64,000 bases of DNA from Abditibacterium sp. (GCA_965199495.1 CBDASK010000003.1:1824001-1888000); one strand, 5' to 3'. Counted from the first letter of the stretch, positions 1 through 11,417 are shown. Notes: generated from the letters alone by a model not told the origin. Numbers and translations: made by a program.

Positions 1-1
1 T

Positions 2-409
2 CAGCCTTATATCAAAAGCACGCAAGTTTTCCAATGTCCGAGCGAACTGGCGAGTTATTCTCCGCCACTGCGCGCGACCGATTATTGGTATAGCGCGACG
101 ATTTCGCAGACCAAACAGTTGACCGATGTGGCGAAACCCGCGCAAACCGTGTTGTGCGGCGACGGCATCGGAATGCCCGCCGCCTTTGTCGCGACGCATG
201 GCGCAATTGCTTACAATGGCAACGCGCCCGCGCTCAAATATAACGGCGACATTTGGGACACGACGGAGAAAACCAACGGTCAGGGCGGGCGGCGCCATTT
301 GGACGGCCTGAACTTTCTGTTTTGCGATGGCCACGTCAAATGGCTCAAGCCCGAAAACGTCGGCGCGGCGAAAGTGAGCGCAGGCGGGCCGACGTTTCGC
401 GTGAAGTGA
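2..409 (+). CDS. DUF1559 / H-X9-DG prepilin-like protein, 5'-truncated by the window edge
   Basis: Frame is open from base 2 (QPYIKSTQVFQCPSE...) through RHLDGLNFLFCDGHVKW, the typical PYxKS..CPS and H-X9-DG motifs. Confidence 0.85.
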   Translation, partial: QPYIKSTQVFQCPSELASYSPPLRATDYWYSATISQTKQLTDVAKPAQTVLCGDGIGMPAAFVATHGAIAYNGNAPALKYNGDIWDTTEKTNGQGGRRHLDGLNFLFCDGHVKWLKPENVGAAKVSAGGPTFRVK

Positions 410-549
410 ATTTGCTAAATGTCTGTGCGTAGCGCGCACAGACTTGTAGCTCAGCGGAGTTGATTCTGCGAAACATCAAAGGCGCGCTCTGCGCGAGTTG
501 ATTTACCTATTCGCGCTCCAAATCAAAAAAGAGTTAGCCTTAAATTCCC

Positions 550-2070
550 ATGATTCAATTGAAACCCTCCGAAATTTGGTTTGTGACCGGCAGCCAGCAT
601 TTGTATGGCCCCGAAACTTTGCAACAAGTCGCCGCCAACGCGCAGCAAATTGCGCGCGGTTTGGACGACGCGGGTTTGCCATTGAACGTCGTTTTTAAGC
701 CGATTGTCACCACGCCCGAAGAGATTCGCGCGTTGTGCTTGGAAGCGACGAATGCGCCGCAGTGCGCCGGAATACTCGCGTGGATGCACACGTTTTCGCC
801 CGCCAAAATGTGGATCGGCGGCCTGAAAGTTCTCGATAAACCGTTGCTGCATTTGCACACGCAGTTCAACCGCGATTTGCCGTGGGGCGAAATTGACATG
901 GATTTTATGAATCTGAATCAAGCCGCGCATGGCGACCGCGAGTTCGGTTTCATCGGCGCGCGCATGAGAATCGCTCGCAAAATTGTCGTCGGTTATTGGG
1001 AAGACGGGGAAGTCCAAAAACGTATCGCGGTTTGGATGGGCGCCGCCCGTGGCTGGCACGATTGGCAGGGCGCGCGATTGGCACGTTTGGGTGATAATAT
1101 GCGTTATGTCGCCGTGACCGACGGCGATAAAGTCGCGGCGGAAATGCGTTTCGGCTTCATGGTCAACGGCTACGGCATCGGCGATTTGGTCGAACGCGTC
1201 GAAGCGATTTCGGACGCCGCGACCGACGATTTAATCGAGCGATACGAAAACGAATATGATGTCGCGGACAACTTGCGTGTAGGCGGCGACAAGCATCAGA
1301 GTTTGCGCGACGGCGCGCGTATCGAATTAGGTTTGCGCGATTTTCTGGAAAGCGAGAATTTCGTCGGCTTCACCGATTCATTCGAGGTTTTGCACGGCCT
1401 CAAACAGTTGCCCGGCTTGGCGGTTCAGCGTTTGATGAATGACGGCTACGGATTCGGCGGCGAAGGCGATTGGAAAACGAGCGCTTTAGTGCGCGCGATG
1501 AAAGTCATGGCGGTTGGATTGGAGGGCGGCACCAGTTTCATGGAGGATTACACCTATCATTTGCATCCGGGCGGCCATCAGGTTTTGGGTTCGCACATGC
1601 TCGAAATTTGCCCATCTATAACTTCGGGCGCGGCGGGCAAGCCAAAATTGGAAGTGCATCCATTAGGAATCGGCGGCAAAGAAGACCCGGTTCGGCTGGT
1701 TTTCGACGTGCCGTCTGGCCCGGCGATTAACGCTTCGATTGTGGATTTGGGCAATCGTTTTCGCTTGGTGGTCAACGATGTCGAATGCGTGGCGCCGCCG
1801 CAGGATTTGCCCAAATTACCGGTCGCGCGCGCTCTCTGGGAATGTCTGCCCGACTTCAAAACCGCTTGCGCCGCCTGGATTACGGCGGGCGGCGCGCATC
1901 ACACTGGTTTTTCGCAGGCGTTGACGAGCGAACACATGGAAGATTTCGCCGAAATTGCCGGTTTGGAGTTCGTGCCGATTGACGCGCAAACCACGATGCG
2001 CGGATTCAAACAAGATTTGCGCACCAACGAAATTTATTATCATCTGGCGCAGGGTTTGGGAGGCGTTTAA
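550..2070 (+). CDS. araA: L-arabinose isomerase
   Basis: [45 protein letters not shown] and GGAHHT motifs; 506 aa. Confidence 0.97.
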   Translation: MIQLKPSEIWFVTGSQHLYGPETLQQVAANAQQIARGLDDAGLPLNVVFKPIVTTPEEIRALCLEATNAPQCAGILAWMHTFSPAKMWIGGLKVLDKPLLHLHTQFNRDLPWGEIDMDFMNLNQAAHGDREFGFIGARMRIARKIVVGYWEDGEVQKRIAVWMGAARGWHDWQGARLARLGDNMRYVAVTDGDKVAAEMRFGFMVNGYGIGDLVERVEAISDAATDDLIERYENEYDVADNLRVGGDKHQSLRDGARIELGLRDFLESENFVGFTDSFEVLHGLKQLPGLAVQRLMNDGYGFGGEGDWKTSALVRAMKVMAVGLEGGTSFMEDYTYHLHPGGHQVLGSHMLEICPSITSGAAGKPKLEVHPLGIGGKEDPVRLVFDVPSGPAINASIVDLGNRFRLVVNDVECVAPPQDLPKLPVARALWECLPDFKTACAAWITAGGAHHTGFSQALTSEHMEDFAEIAGLEFVPIDAQTTMRGFKQDLRTNEIYYHLAQGLGGV

Positions 2071-3078
2071 ATGAAAACTCAACTCGCCGTAAGATTGCAC
2101 GGCCCCGCCGATTTGCGCGTCGAAAACGTGCCATTTTCCGACTCACTTAGGCCCGACGAAGTCTTACTGCGCATAGCAGCCACGGGCGTGTGCGGCAGCG
2201 ATTTGCATCCCTACGAAACCGGCTCCATCGGCTCGACGACGCTCAATGCGCCTTTGATTATGGGCCACGAATTTAGCGGCGTTGTCGAAAAACTCGGCGC
2301 GAATGTCGAGAATTTGAACGTCGGCGCGCGCGTGGCTGTTGATCCGGCGTGGGTTTGTGGACAGTGTCGCGAGTGTTTGAGCGGGCATCAAAACTTGTGT
2401 CGCAAGCAGCGATTTTGTGGGTTGGCGCCCAACGATGGCAGTTTGCAAGAGCGCATCGTGGCGCCCGCGCGCTTTTGTCACGCGGTTTCGGAAAACATCA
2501 GCGATGCCGAAGCGGCGCTGTTGGAACCTCTGGGCATCGCGCTTCATGCGACCGATTTGGCGCGCATTCGAGTTGGTTGTAAAGTCGCGATTTTGGGCGC
2601 CGGGCCGATTGGTTTGTGTCTGGCGCAAACCGTCCGATTGACGGGCGCGACGACGGTTTGGATCGCGGATATATTGGAATATCGCCAGCAGTTCGCGGCG
2701 CGTTTTGGCGCCCAATCGTTGCCCAACGGTGCCGAAGCGGATGTCGTCATCGAAGCGGCTTGGGCGCGCGAATCGGTTGAGCGCGCGATGGAAATCGTGC
2801 GGCCCGGCGGGACGGTCGTTTTGGTCGGCATTCCGTTCGAGGACAGCGTCACGTTTTCGCATTCGGTCGCGCGCCGCAAAGGGTTGACGATTCTGATGAG
2901 CCGCCGCATGAACCAGACTTATCCACGCGCGATTTCGCTTGTGGAAAGCGGCGCGGTTGATTTAAAAAGTTTGGTGACCCATCGTTTTCCGCTCGCGCAA
3001 ACGCCCGACGCGTTTCGACTCAACGCGCAATATAAGGATGAAGTCATTAAAATTATCATCGAAAATGCAACCCCATAA
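2071..3078 (+). CDS. Zn-dependent medium-chain sugar-alcohol dehydrogenase (sorbitol/L-iditol DH-like)
   Basis: GVCGSD, GHEFSG, structural-Zn CxxCxxCx7C and GAGPIG motifs; abuts araA and overlaps araB. Confidence 0.88.
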   Translation: MKTQLAVRLHGPADLRVENVPFSDSLRPDEVLLRIAATGVCGSDLHPYETGSIGSTTLNAPLIMGHEFSGVVEKLGANVENLNVGARVAVDPAWVCGQCRECLSGHQNLCRKQRFCGLAPNDGSLQERIVAPARFCHAVSENISDAEAALLEPLGIALHATDLARIRVGCKVAILGAGPIGLCLAQTVRLTGATTVWIADILEYRQQFAARFGAQSLPNGAEADVVIEAAWARESVERAMEIVRPGGTVVLVGIPFEDSVTFSHSVARRKGLTILMSRRMNQTYPRAISLVESGAVDLKSLVTHRFPLAQTPDAFRLNAQYKDEVIKIIIENATP

Positions 3079-4732
3079 TCAATACGCCATCGGTTTGGAT
3101 TACGGCACCAACTCGGTGCGCGCGCTACTCGTCAATACAGCCACCGGCGCCGAACTCGGCGACGCGACGTGGAATTATGCGCATGGAACAAACGGCGTCG
3201 TGCTGGCGCGCGACCCGAATTTGGCGCGCCAACATCCCGCCGATTATCTGGAAGGCGCTGAGAAAACGATTCGCGAAGTTTTGAAAATCGCGCGCGTAAA
3301 CGTCGCGGGTTTTTCGCCCGATCAAGTCGTCGGCATCGGTGTGGACACGACCGGTTCGACACCATTGCCCGTTGGTAAAGGCGGCCAGCCGCTCGCGTTT
3401 GAAGAAAAATTTGCCGATAACGTCAACGCGTTGGCATGGCTGTGGAAAGATCACACTTCGATTGACGAAGCGGCCCAAATCACCGAATTGGCCGCGCGAA
3501 TGCGGCCCGAATATTTGGCGAAGTGCGGCGGCACTTATTCGAGCGAATGGTATTTCGCCAAAGTTTTGCATTGCCTGAGGGTGGACGAAGCCGTTTTTGA
3601 CGAGGCGCATCGCTGGGTCGAAATCGCCGATTGGATTCCGGCGATGCTGAGCGGAACTGGCGACGCCGAGAATATGAAAACCGGCGTGTGCGCGGCGGGC
3701 CACAAAGCGATGTTCAACGCCGATTGGGGCGGTTTTCCCGACGCCGAATTTTTGGGCGCACTGCATCCCAAACTCGCGCAACTGCGCGAACGCATGCCCG
3801 CCGTGGCTGCTACCGTGGACACGCCCGTCGGAGGATTAACCCCGAAATGGGCCGAGAAAACCGGTTTAAAAGCGGGCACGCCCATCGCCGTCGGCGCCTT
3901 CGATGCGCATTTGGGCGGCATCGGAGCGGGCATCGAACCGGGCACTTTGGTGAAAACTTTGGGCACTTCGACCTGCGATTTGATGGTGGTTTCGGGCGAG
4001 CAGGAATTGAAAGATATTCCCGGTTTGTGCGGCATCGTGATGGGCAGCATTTTGCCCGGTTATCATGGCCTCGAAGCCGGGCAAAGCGCGGTCGGCGATA
4101 TTTTCAACTGGTTCGTCGAATATCTCAAAACCGGGACACACGAAGAACTGACGCGCGGCGCGGGAGAACTTACAGCGGGCGAATCGGGTTTGGTCGCGCT
4201 CGATTGGAACAACGGCAATCGCACGATTTTGGTAGATCAGCGTTTGACCGGACTGCTCATCGGCCAGACGCTCTATACCACGCCCGCCGAAATTTATCGC
4301 GCTTTGATCGAAGCCACGGCGTTTGGCGCCTTGACGATTATCAACCGATTGGAAGAATATGGCGTGCAAGTCGAGCGCGTGGTGAATTGCGGCGGCATCG
4401 CCGAAAAAAATGCGGTCGCCATGCAGATTTACGCCGATATTATCGGGCGCCCGATGTTAGTTTCGCGTTCGAGCCAGACTTGCGCGTTGGGCGCCGCCAT
4501 CGCCGGAGCGGTCGCGGCGGGCGTTTACCCCGATATTCCGGGCGCGCAAAAAGCGATGACTGGTCTCAAAGAAATGGTTTATACGCCAGACAAAAATGCG
4601 CATGAAATTTATCAACGGCTTTACGCGATTTACCGGCAGTTGCACGACGCGTTTGGAACCAAAAGTTGGAATGGCAATTTGAGCAACGTGATGAAAGATT
4701 TGCTCGACATCCGCGACGAGGCGCGCAAATGA
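3065..4732 (+). CDS. araB: ribulokinase (FGGY family)
   Basis: IGLDYGTNSVRA, GVDTTGSTPLPV, GAFDAH, GTSTCD, EAGQSAVGD and DWNNGNR motifs; start taken as ATG 3065. Confidence 0.93.
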   Translation: MQPHNQYAIGLDYGTNSVRALLVNTATGAELGDATWNYAHGTNGVVLARDPNLARQHPADYLEGAEKTIREVLKIARVNVAGFSPDQVVGIGVDTTGSTPLPVGKGGQPLAFEEKFADNVNALAWLWKDHTSIDEAAQITELAARMRPEYLAKCGGTYSSEWYFAKVLHCLRVDEAVFDEAHRWVEIADWIPAMLSGTGDAENMKTGVCAAGHKAMFNADWGGFPDAEFLGALHPKLAQLRERMPAVAATVDTPVGGLTPKWAEKTGLKAGTPIAVGAFDAHLGGIGAGIEPGTLVKTLGTSTCDLMVVSGEQELKDIPGLCGIVMGSILPGYHGLEAGQSAVGDIFNWFVEYLKTGTHEELTRGAGELTAGESGLVALDWNNGNRTILVDQRLTGLLIGQTLYTTPAEIYRALIEATAFGALTIINRLEEYGVQVERVVNCGGIAEKNAVAMQIYADIIGRPMLVSRSSQTCALGAAIAGAVAAGVYPDIPGAQKAMTGLKEMVYTPDKNAHEIYQRLYAIYRQLHDAFGTKSWNGNLSNVMKDLLDIRDEARK

Positions 4733-4749
4733 AGGAATGATTGCAAATA

Positions 4750-4840
4750 CCCCGTAGAGACACCGACTTGTCGTGTCTAAAACGTCATAATTGCGGTCAA
4801 ATTGACGTTTTAGACACGACAAGTCGGTGTCTCTACGGGG
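4750..4840. repeat. REPIN-like inverted doublet, family A (GTAG-AGAC REPs)
   Basis: Perfect ~38-bp arms CCCCGTAGAGACACCGACTTGTCGTGTCTAAAACGTCA and its reverse complement; each arm is GTAG plus an internal hairpin. Confidence 0.85.
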
Positions 4841-4892
4841 TTTATCCGAGCATACTCCTGTAAGATTGCGCAAATTCCCAAACTCAAATATC

Positions 4893-5588
4893 ATGTTGGA
4901 ACAACTTAAACAACAGGTCTGCGCGGCCAACTTGAAACTCGTCAGCGAAGGTTTGGTTATCCAAACGTGGGGCAACGTTTCGGGTGTTGACCGAGATAGC
5001 GGACATTTGGTGATTAAACCGTCGGGCGTGCCTTATGCAGAAATGAAAGCTGAACAAATGATTGTCGTTTCGCTCGAAAGCGGCCACGTCGTCGAGGGCG
5101 ATTTAAATCCGTCGTCCGACACGCCGACGCACCGCGCGCTTTATCGGGCGTTTGCCGAAATTGGTGGTATCGTTCACACGCACTCGCTTTACGGCACAGC
5201 GTGGGCGCAGGCCGGGCGCGATATTCCGGCTTACGGCACCACGCACGCCGATTATTTCGCGGGCGCGATTCCCTGCACGCGCCTCATGACGCCCGACGAA
5301 ATCGCGGGCGAATACGAATGGGAAACCGGAAATGTCATCGTTGAGCGCTTTAACGGAATAAATCCAACCCATTTCCCCGGCGTTTTGGTCGCCTCGCACG
5401 CGCCGTTCGCGTGGGGAAAAACGCCCGACAAAGCCGTCGAAAACGCGGTCGTTCTGGAAAACATCGCGCATCTGGCCTCAGAGACTTTGCACATTCGCGC
5501 CGATGTTGAAATCATGCAGCAGGAATTGTTAGACAAACATTTTGAGCGCAAGCACGGCGCGAATGCCTATTACGGGCAGAAAAAATAA
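4893..5588 (+). CDS. araD: L-ribulose-5-phosphate 4-epimerase
   Basis: [33 protein letters not shown] and [11 protein letters not shown] motifs; start at MLEQLK. Confidence 0.96.
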   Translation: MLEQLKQQVCAANLKLVSEGLVIQTWGNVSGVDRDSGHLVIKPSGVPYAEMKAEQMIVVSLESGHVVEGDLNPSSDTPTHRALYRAFAEIGGIVHTHSLYGTAWAQAGRDIPAYGTTHADYFAGAIPCTRLMTPDEIAGEYEWETGNVIVERFNGINPTHFPGVLVASHAPFAWGKTPDKAVENAVVLENIAHLASETLHIRADVEIMQQELLDKHFERKHGANAYYGQKK

Positions 5589-5723
5589 CGCGGCGTGCGC
5601 GGGGAGAATGTTCTAAAATTAATCAGTGATATTGATTTAAATAATTTTGCGAACTCAGAATGAGATAGGAGCAACTGCGTGATTCCTTTTAGAAATGTGC
5701 GCGTTGGAGCGACGGTCTAAATT

Positions 5724-7769
5724 ATGGCAATCTCTTCTCCCCCTCAGTCCATTTCCGACTCCCCAATAGTTTCTTCCAAGCATGATCGCGGCGTGACACC
5801 GCGCGTGGTGATTTTGTCGTTGCTGCTGGCGGCTTTTTTCGCTTACGTCATCCCGGTCATTGACTACAAATTTTTCAATACCTTTTTGGGCGCGACGCAC
5901 CTGCCACCGGGCGCCGTTGGCGCGTTGATTTTGTTGCTTTTAGTCGTCAATCCGCTATTGCGCGTGCTTTCGGCCAAGTTGGCGCTGGCGCGCAACGAAG
6001 TTTTGACGGTCTATCTGACCTGTCTATTTTCGACTTTAACCGTCGGCATCGGCGGCAACAATTATTTCGTTTCGTTTATCATTGGCTCGTTTTATTATTC
6101 GACGCGCGAGAACAAGTGGTTCGATGCGCTCAAAGGTTTGCCATCGTGGTTTACGCCCGCGCTGGGCGCCGATGGAAGTTACAATCGCGCCCTCGTCGAG
6201 AATTGGTATACCGGCATCAATGCGACGCAATCGGTGCCGTGGAGCGCGTGGCTGGTGCCGCTGTGCGCGTGGGGATTATTTTTCGCGGCGGCGTTTTGGA
6301 TGATGGCGTGTCTGGGCGTGATGCTGCGCGCGCAGTGGGGCGACCACGAGGTTCTCTCGTTTCCGCTCTTGCGCTTGCCGCTCGAAATGACGCGCGATAT
6401 GGACGAAAACACGCGCAAGATTCCACCGTTTTTCCGAGATTCGCTGATGTGGTGCGGCTTTGCCATCGTCGTGTTCATTCAGGGTCTCAACGGCCTCAAC
6501 CTCTATTTTCCCGATTTTCCCACGGTGCCGCTCAGCATTGACACCGGGCCGCTTTTGACCGAAGCGCCGTGGAATCAGGTGCCCGGCCTGGGACTGCAAA
6601 TTTGGCCGATTGCCGTCGGCATTTCCTATTTGCTAACCGCCGAAGTCGCGTTTTCGCTGTGGGCGTTTTTCCTGATGTTCAAAATGCAATACATTTTGGC
6701 CTACACGCTGGGATTTCCACCGAACTCGTTGCCCAACGTGCCGCAATCGGGCGATAAAGTTTTCATTGGCTATCAGGAAGTCGGCGCTTACTTGGCTTAT
6801 GCCGTCTTGATTTTCTGGGGCGCGCGCCGCCATTTCGCCCACATCTGGCGCCGCGCGATGGGCCGCGAGCGCGCTGGAACGGTCGAGAAAACCGAAGCCC
6901 TGCCCTATCCGGTCGCGTTTTGGGGCTTTATTGTGGGCTTCCTCGTGATGACCGCATGGGGCGTGGCTGCTGGCATGAGCCTGAGTCTTTCGATTTTGCT
7001 GTGGATTTCGTATGTTGTCATCGCCGTGGTTTTGTCGCGCGTCGTCGCCGAGGGCGGCTTGTTGTTCGTGCATCACACTTGGTCGCCGCTCAGCAGTCTG
7101 GCGGGCCTCATCGGTCAGGGGCCGGGCACGTTGCTTTCGCCTGCGGCGGGCGTGGCCAACGCCGCGTTTGTCGAAGTCGCGACGATCCAAGATTTCCGCG
7201 CCAGCCTAATGCCCTCGTTTGTGCAATCGTTCAAGCTGGCGCACGACCGAGGCATCGCCGCGCGTCCGCTTTTGTGGCTGATTGGCGCAGTGATTACGGT
7301 CGGCATGATCGTCGGTTTCATGATGAACGTGAACATGGGTTATCATGGCGGCGGCGGTCTGGCATTGCAGGGCTGGCTGAAAACTGCGGGGCCGCGCGCG
7401 GCGGCGGGCAACGCTTACGGCATGGCCAACACAACGGTGAACGGCGATCCGATAGCGTGGATTTTTACCGGCGTTGGCATCGCGGTTATCGCCATCACGA
7501 TGCTGATGCGCGCGCGTTTCGCGTGGTGGCCATTTCACCCGCTGGGTTATTTAATGGCGACGAGTTATCCAGCGCACGCGTTCTGGTTCTCGATTTTTCT
7601 GGGCTGGCTCGCCAAAACGCTCATTTCGCGTTACGGCGGTAGCGAAACCAGCCGCCGCGCCCTGCCATTTTTCCTCGGCCTCGCGTTGGGCGATGTGATG
7701 ATGATGCTGTTCTGGATTGGCGTGGATGGCTACTTTGGCCGCACCGGACACCAACTCATGCCTGGGTAG
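5724..7769 (+). CDS. polytopic membrane protein, DUF6785/DUF6784-like putative transporter
   Basis: 681 aa with many TM segments; QWxxxExLxFPL, RxVAEGG, WPFHPLGY and PFFLGLALGD motifs. Confidence 0.7.
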   Translation: MAISSPPQSISDSPIVSSKHDRGVTPRVVILSLLLAAFFAYVIPVIDYKFFNTFLGATHLPPGAVGALILLLLVVNPLLRVLSAKLALARNEVLTVYLTCLFSTLTVGIGGNNYFVSFIIGSFYYSTRENKWFDALKGLPSWFTPALGADGSYNRALVENWYTGINATQSVPWSAWLVPLCAWGLFFAAAFWMMACLGVMLRAQWGDHEVLSFPLLRLPLEMTRDMDENTRKIPPFFRDSLMWCGFAIVVFIQGLNGLNLYFPDFPTVPLSIDTGPLLTEAPWNQVPGLGLQIWPIAVGISYLLTAEVAFSLWAFFLMFKMQYILAYTLGFPPNSLPNVPQSGDKVFIGYQEVGAYLAYAVLIFWGARRHFAHIWRRAMGRERAGTVEKTEALPYPVAFWGFIVGFLVMTAWGVAAGMSLSLSILLWISYVVIAVVLSRVVAEGGLLFVHHTWSPLSSLAGLIGQGPGTLLSPAAGVANAAFVEVATIQDFRASLMPSFVQSFKLAHDRGIAARPLLWLIGAVITVGMIVGFMMNVNMGYHGGGGLALQGWLKTAGPRAAAGNAYGMANTTVNGDPIAWIFTGVGIAVIAITMLMRARFAWWPFHPLGYLMATSYPAHAFWFSIFLGWLAKTLISRYGGSETSRRALPFFLGLALGDVMMMLFWIGVDGYFGRTGHQLMPG

Positions 7770-7804
7770 TTGGGAATTAGAGTCGGGTAGAAATTCATTT
7801 ATTC

Positions 7805-7944
7805 TATAGCGCTTCCTACTGAAGAAGCTACAATATCCAGTGGGGCTGACGTCCTCTTCCAATCGGCGGAGTTCATCGAAAGACTGCCGATAGGAAGAGG
7901 GCGTCAGCCCCGCTGCTGTAGCTTCTAAATCAGGAAGCGCTATA
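7805..7944. repeat. Nested inverted repeat: family B palindromic doublet inside TATAGCGCTTCCT termini
   Basis: Inner GGGGCTGACGTCCTCTTCCAATCGGC...GCCGATAGGAAGAGGGCGTCAGCCCC; outer TATAGCGCTTCCT...AGGAAGCGCTATA. Confidence 0.8.
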
Positions 7945-7955
7945 TGAGTTTGTAA

Positions 7956-10900
7956 TCACACGTTCACCGCGCCCGATGGCAACACGGGAGGCGGCGCGTT
8001 GATCGGCAAAACCGCGCCCGTGTCCATCAGAGAGCAGAGATGGAAAATGCGCTCGACCTCGGCGACAGGCTGAGGGCGACCAAAAAAGTAACCCTGACAC
8101 TTATCGCAACCCAAATCTTGGAGATGCTCGATTTCGCCCGCCGTCTCGGCGCCCTCAGCCACGACGACGAGCTTGAGGGCGTGCGCAAGCGTCACCATCG
8201 AAGTCACGATGGCGCTGTTGTCGGGTTCGCTGTCAATGTTCGAGACGAATTGACGGTCAATTTTGAGATAATCGAACGGAAAAGCGCGCAGATAAGCCAG
8301 ACTGGAGTAGCCGGTGCCAAAGTCGTCAATCGCCAGCGTTAAACCCAGCGTTTTGAGTTCGTTCATTGTCGTCAAAACCTGCTTGGTGCGTTCGACGATG
8401 GCGCTTTCAGTGATTTCTAATATCAATTCACAGGGGTCTAAACCGCTTTGTTCCAAGGCGCGCGCCACCATTGGCACTACATCGGGCAGGTGAAGTTGGC
8501 GCGCCGAGATATTGACCGCCATGCTGAGCGGATGCGCGCTGTTGCGGTTCCACGCCACGGCCTGACGACAAGCGGCCTCCAAAACCTGAAAGCCCAACGG
8601 CACAATTAAGCCGTTTTCTTCGGCCAGCGCGATAAATTCGCTCGGCATCACCAGACCGCGCGTCGGATGATTCCAGCGCACGAGGGCTTCAAAGCCACTG
8701 ACGCGGTCGGCGCCTAAATCCCACGTCGGCTGAAAATACAGCTCGAACTCGCCGTTTTGCAGCGCGCGCCGCAGGTCGTTTTCCAATTCCAAACGTTGCA
8801 GAGCGTTGCCGCTCATACTCGTCTCGTAAATCGCGAAACAGGCTTTGCCGCGTCGCTTGGCCTCATACATCGCCGAGTCGGCGTGACGCAGCAGTTCGTC
8901 GGCGTTGCTGCGGTCTGTGCCCGAAAACGCGATCCCAATCGAGGGCGTGGTGAAAACTTCGTGGCCCTCGATCACAAACGGTTCGCGCATCGCTTCCAAA
9001 ACGCGCTCGGCCACCGTAATCGCGTAACCCGGCGCCTCCAAATCTTCGAGCAAAATCACGAACTCGTCGCCGCCAAAGCGCGCCGCCGTATCGCCCTCGC
9101 GGAGCGCCGCGCGCAATCGCTCGGCCAGCGCCACCAACAGTTCGTCGCCCGCGCTGTGGCCCAGCGAATCGTTGATATATTTGAAGTTATCCAGATCAAT
9201 GAAAATAATCGCGACCCGATCTTCGCCGCTACCGCGCCGTTGCAGCGCGTGTTCCAAGCGGTAGCGCACCAAAACGCGATTGGCCAAGTGCGTCAACGGA
9301 TCGTGGAACGCCTGATGCTTGAGCCGGTCTTCCAAAGCGCGCCGCTCGGTAATATCAGCCACCGACGCGACAATGCCGGAAAACAGACCGCGATCATCGA
9401 GTAGCGGCGCCGCGTTGAGCGACGCGATGATGGTGCGCCCGTCGGCACGGTCAATGCGAAACTCGAACTCATGCAACGCCTCACCCGTCGCCCGCACGAT
9501 TTGAAACGGATGCTTTCCGCCAGCGAATGCTTTGCCTTGCAGATCGAGCAAATTCCAGCGACCATCGTAAATCGTGCGTTCTTCGATGCTGTTGCGGTCG
9601 AGCGCGAAAGTGCGCTCGGCGGCGGCGTTGGCGAACTGGATTTGGCCTTCGGCGTTAATCACCAGAAAAGCGTCGGCGGCGGTCTCGAAGATGCGCTGCA
9701 AACTCTGGCGACTGGAACGCAACTCTTCTTCGTTGCGACGTTGTTCGGTGATGTCGGTGCAAACCGCCAGCAGGCGCGGCGCCCGGTCTTCCGAATCAAT
9801 CAAGCGTTGCAGCAAGCGTCCGCGCAAGCGCCAGACGCGGGTTTCGCCGTCGTATCGAATCAGGCGAAAATCAATTTCGATGGTTTCGCCCGCGCGCAGT
9901 GGCCGCAAGCAAGCGCGCCGCACCTGATTTTGGTCGGCGCTGTGAATATGCGCGATCCACGACTCAAAGGTGCGCTTCATGCCGCCTGCGCTGTGGCCCA
10001 TCATGCCGTCTATGTCGCCGTGCCATTCCAAAAAGTCGGCGCCGACTTTCCAAACCCAGAACGCATCGCCCGCGCCCAACGCCAACTGCGCCATTTGCAG
10101 TTGCAACGCCTCGCCCTGCCGGTGCCGCCGCGTCGCCGCGTCGAGGGCGCTCAACGCCCGATTGACGCCTTCGCCAAACTCCGACCATTCGTCGCGCCCG
10201 CCGAACTGCAACGGCGGCGCCTGTCCCTCGCGATGCACCGCTTCCAGATAGCGCCCAAAACGCGACAAACGGTAGCGATAAATCTCGCCCGGCACCAAAC
10301 CCAACAACAGCATCACCGCGCCCAGAGCGAGCAGCACAAGCGGCAAAAATGCCACAAAAGATCGCTCAGGCGCGCGCTCGCCGGGCGCGCCCAGAACAAA
10401 GAGCGGATTGCCATCGGCAGAGCGCACCAATTCATAGCCCATCACGGCATCGCCCGTCGAATCAAAAACATTGTCGCCAGCGAGATGGCGCCCGGAGCCA
10501 CCGGCACAACTGCCGGTGGCTCCGGTCGAAGACGCTTCCAGCAAATCATTGACGGCGGTCGGCGCTTGAGCGCACAGCCAAACCTTAACATCGCTCTTCG
10601 TCTCTTTCAAACTGCCGCGAATCTGAACCGGCAAAACGCGGCGCCCGATGACGATGGTGCCCTGCTTCACCTTCTGTTTTTCGATGGGCGCGGCACTCAA
10701 AACCCAAAGCTGATTGTTTTTCAGAAAGAACCTTCCGCGCGCCGTCTTGAGCGATTTGAGCAGGGGCAAACCGGGATCGAGTTGACCGCGAATCTCTGAC
10801 GGCAACGACGCCACCTTACCGTTTTTATCGAGATAAATCGCGCTTTTCACGCGGGCTTTGGCATCGAGAACCATTAAAACGCTCACATCAAAAGCGCGCA

Positions 10901-11180
10901 ATGACTTGGGAACTGCGAAAGTCCGCTCCCAGTTCACATCGCGTGGCGAAGCGAAATCGTATTGCATTCCCCACGCGCTCCAACTGCGGGCAACATGAGC
11001 ACCACCCTGCGGATAATTCTCGACCGATGCGCGCGCCTCTTCGATCTTTTTGCGCGCGCTATCTTGTTCATAACTCTGCACGTAATCGTTAAAAAACGGA
11101 ATGCTCCAAGTGCCAAAGCCGAGCAACATCAAGGAAATTACCAGGATGAGGACACCTAATGTCACGGCTCGCAAACTCAT
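7956..11180 (-). CDS. membrane sensor (CHASE4-like)-PAS-PAS-GGDEF-EAL c-di-GMP enzyme
   Basis: Two TM segments around an extracytoplasmic domain, PAS/PAC segments, HDPLTHLAN, FGGDEF, FEALVRW, DDFGTGYSS and EGAE. Confidence 0.92.
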   Translation of the reverse strand: MSLRAVTLGVLILVISLMLLGFGTWSIPFFNDYVQSYEQDSARKKIEEARASVENYPQGGAHVARSWSAWGMQYDFASPRDVNWERTFAVPKSLRAFDVSVLMVLDAKARVKSAIYLDKNGKVASLPSEIRGQLDPGLPLLKSLKTARGRFFLKNNQLWVLSAAPIEKQKVKQGTIVIGRRVLPVQIRGSLKETKSDVKVWLCAQAPTAVNDLLEASSTGATGSCAGGSGRHLAGDNVFDSTGDAVMGYELVRSADGNPLFVLGAPGERAPERSFVAFLPLVLLALGAVMLLLGLVPGEIYRYRLSRFGRYLEAVHREGQAPPLQFGGRDEWSEFGEGVNRALSALDAATRRHRQGEALQLQMAQLALGAGDAFWVWKVGADFLEWHGDIDGMMGHSAGGMKRTFESWIAHIHSADQNQVRRACLRPLRAGETIEIDFRLIRYDGETRVWRLRGRLLQRLIDSEDRAPRLLAVCTDITEQRRNEEELRSSRQSLQRIFETAADAFLVINAEGQIQFANAAAERTFALDRNSIEERTIYDGRWNLLDLQGKAFAGGKHPFQIVRATGEALHEFEFRIDRADGRTIIASLNAAPLLDDRGLFSGIVASVADITERRALEDRLKHQAFHDPLTHLANRVLVRYRLEHALQRRGSGEDRVAIIFIDLDNFKYINDSLGHSAGDELLVALAERLRAALREGDTAARFGGDEFVILLEDLEAPGYAITVAERVLEAMREPFVIEGHEVFTTPSIGIAFSGTDRSNADELLRHADSAMYEAKRRGKACFAIYETSMSGNALQRLELENDLRRALQNGEFELYFQPTWDLGADRVSGFEALVRWNHPTRGLVMPSEFIALAEENGLIVPLGFQVLEAACRQAVAWNRNSAHPLSMAVNISARQLHLPDVVPMVARALEQSGLDPCELILEITESAIVERTKQVLTTMNELKTLGLTLAIDDFGTGYSSLAYLRAFPFDYLKIDRQFVSNIDSEPDNSAIVTSMVTLAHALKLVVVAEGAETAGEIEHLQDLGCDKCQGYFFGRPQPVAEVERIFHLCSLMDTGAVLPINAPPPVLPSGAVNV

Positions 11181-11417
11181 AGTTTGAAAAATAAAGGGGA
11201 GTTATCGGATATTTTCAATTTCGCCCAACTTCATATCATCGCCTGGAGGCTTTCCCGCTTAAAAAACCATTTCCTGACCGACTTAGCAAGTTTTTCACCC
11301 TTTGCGTAAAGTTATATCTTACCAAAGCGGACATTGTCAAAATTCATGGCAAATGTAACGGCGGTTCGCTTGTTGATACGCGCGTTTCGCAGCGCAAGAA
11401 CGAAATATAAAATTCCA

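Noticed and set aside
9471..10799. Long overlapping ORFs (9471-10799, also 3631-4605, 50501-51679, 54765-55790, 61382-62428, 62903-63874)
   Set aside because: They are antisense or off-frame shadows of well-supported genes in GC-rich DNA and have no recognisable motifs.
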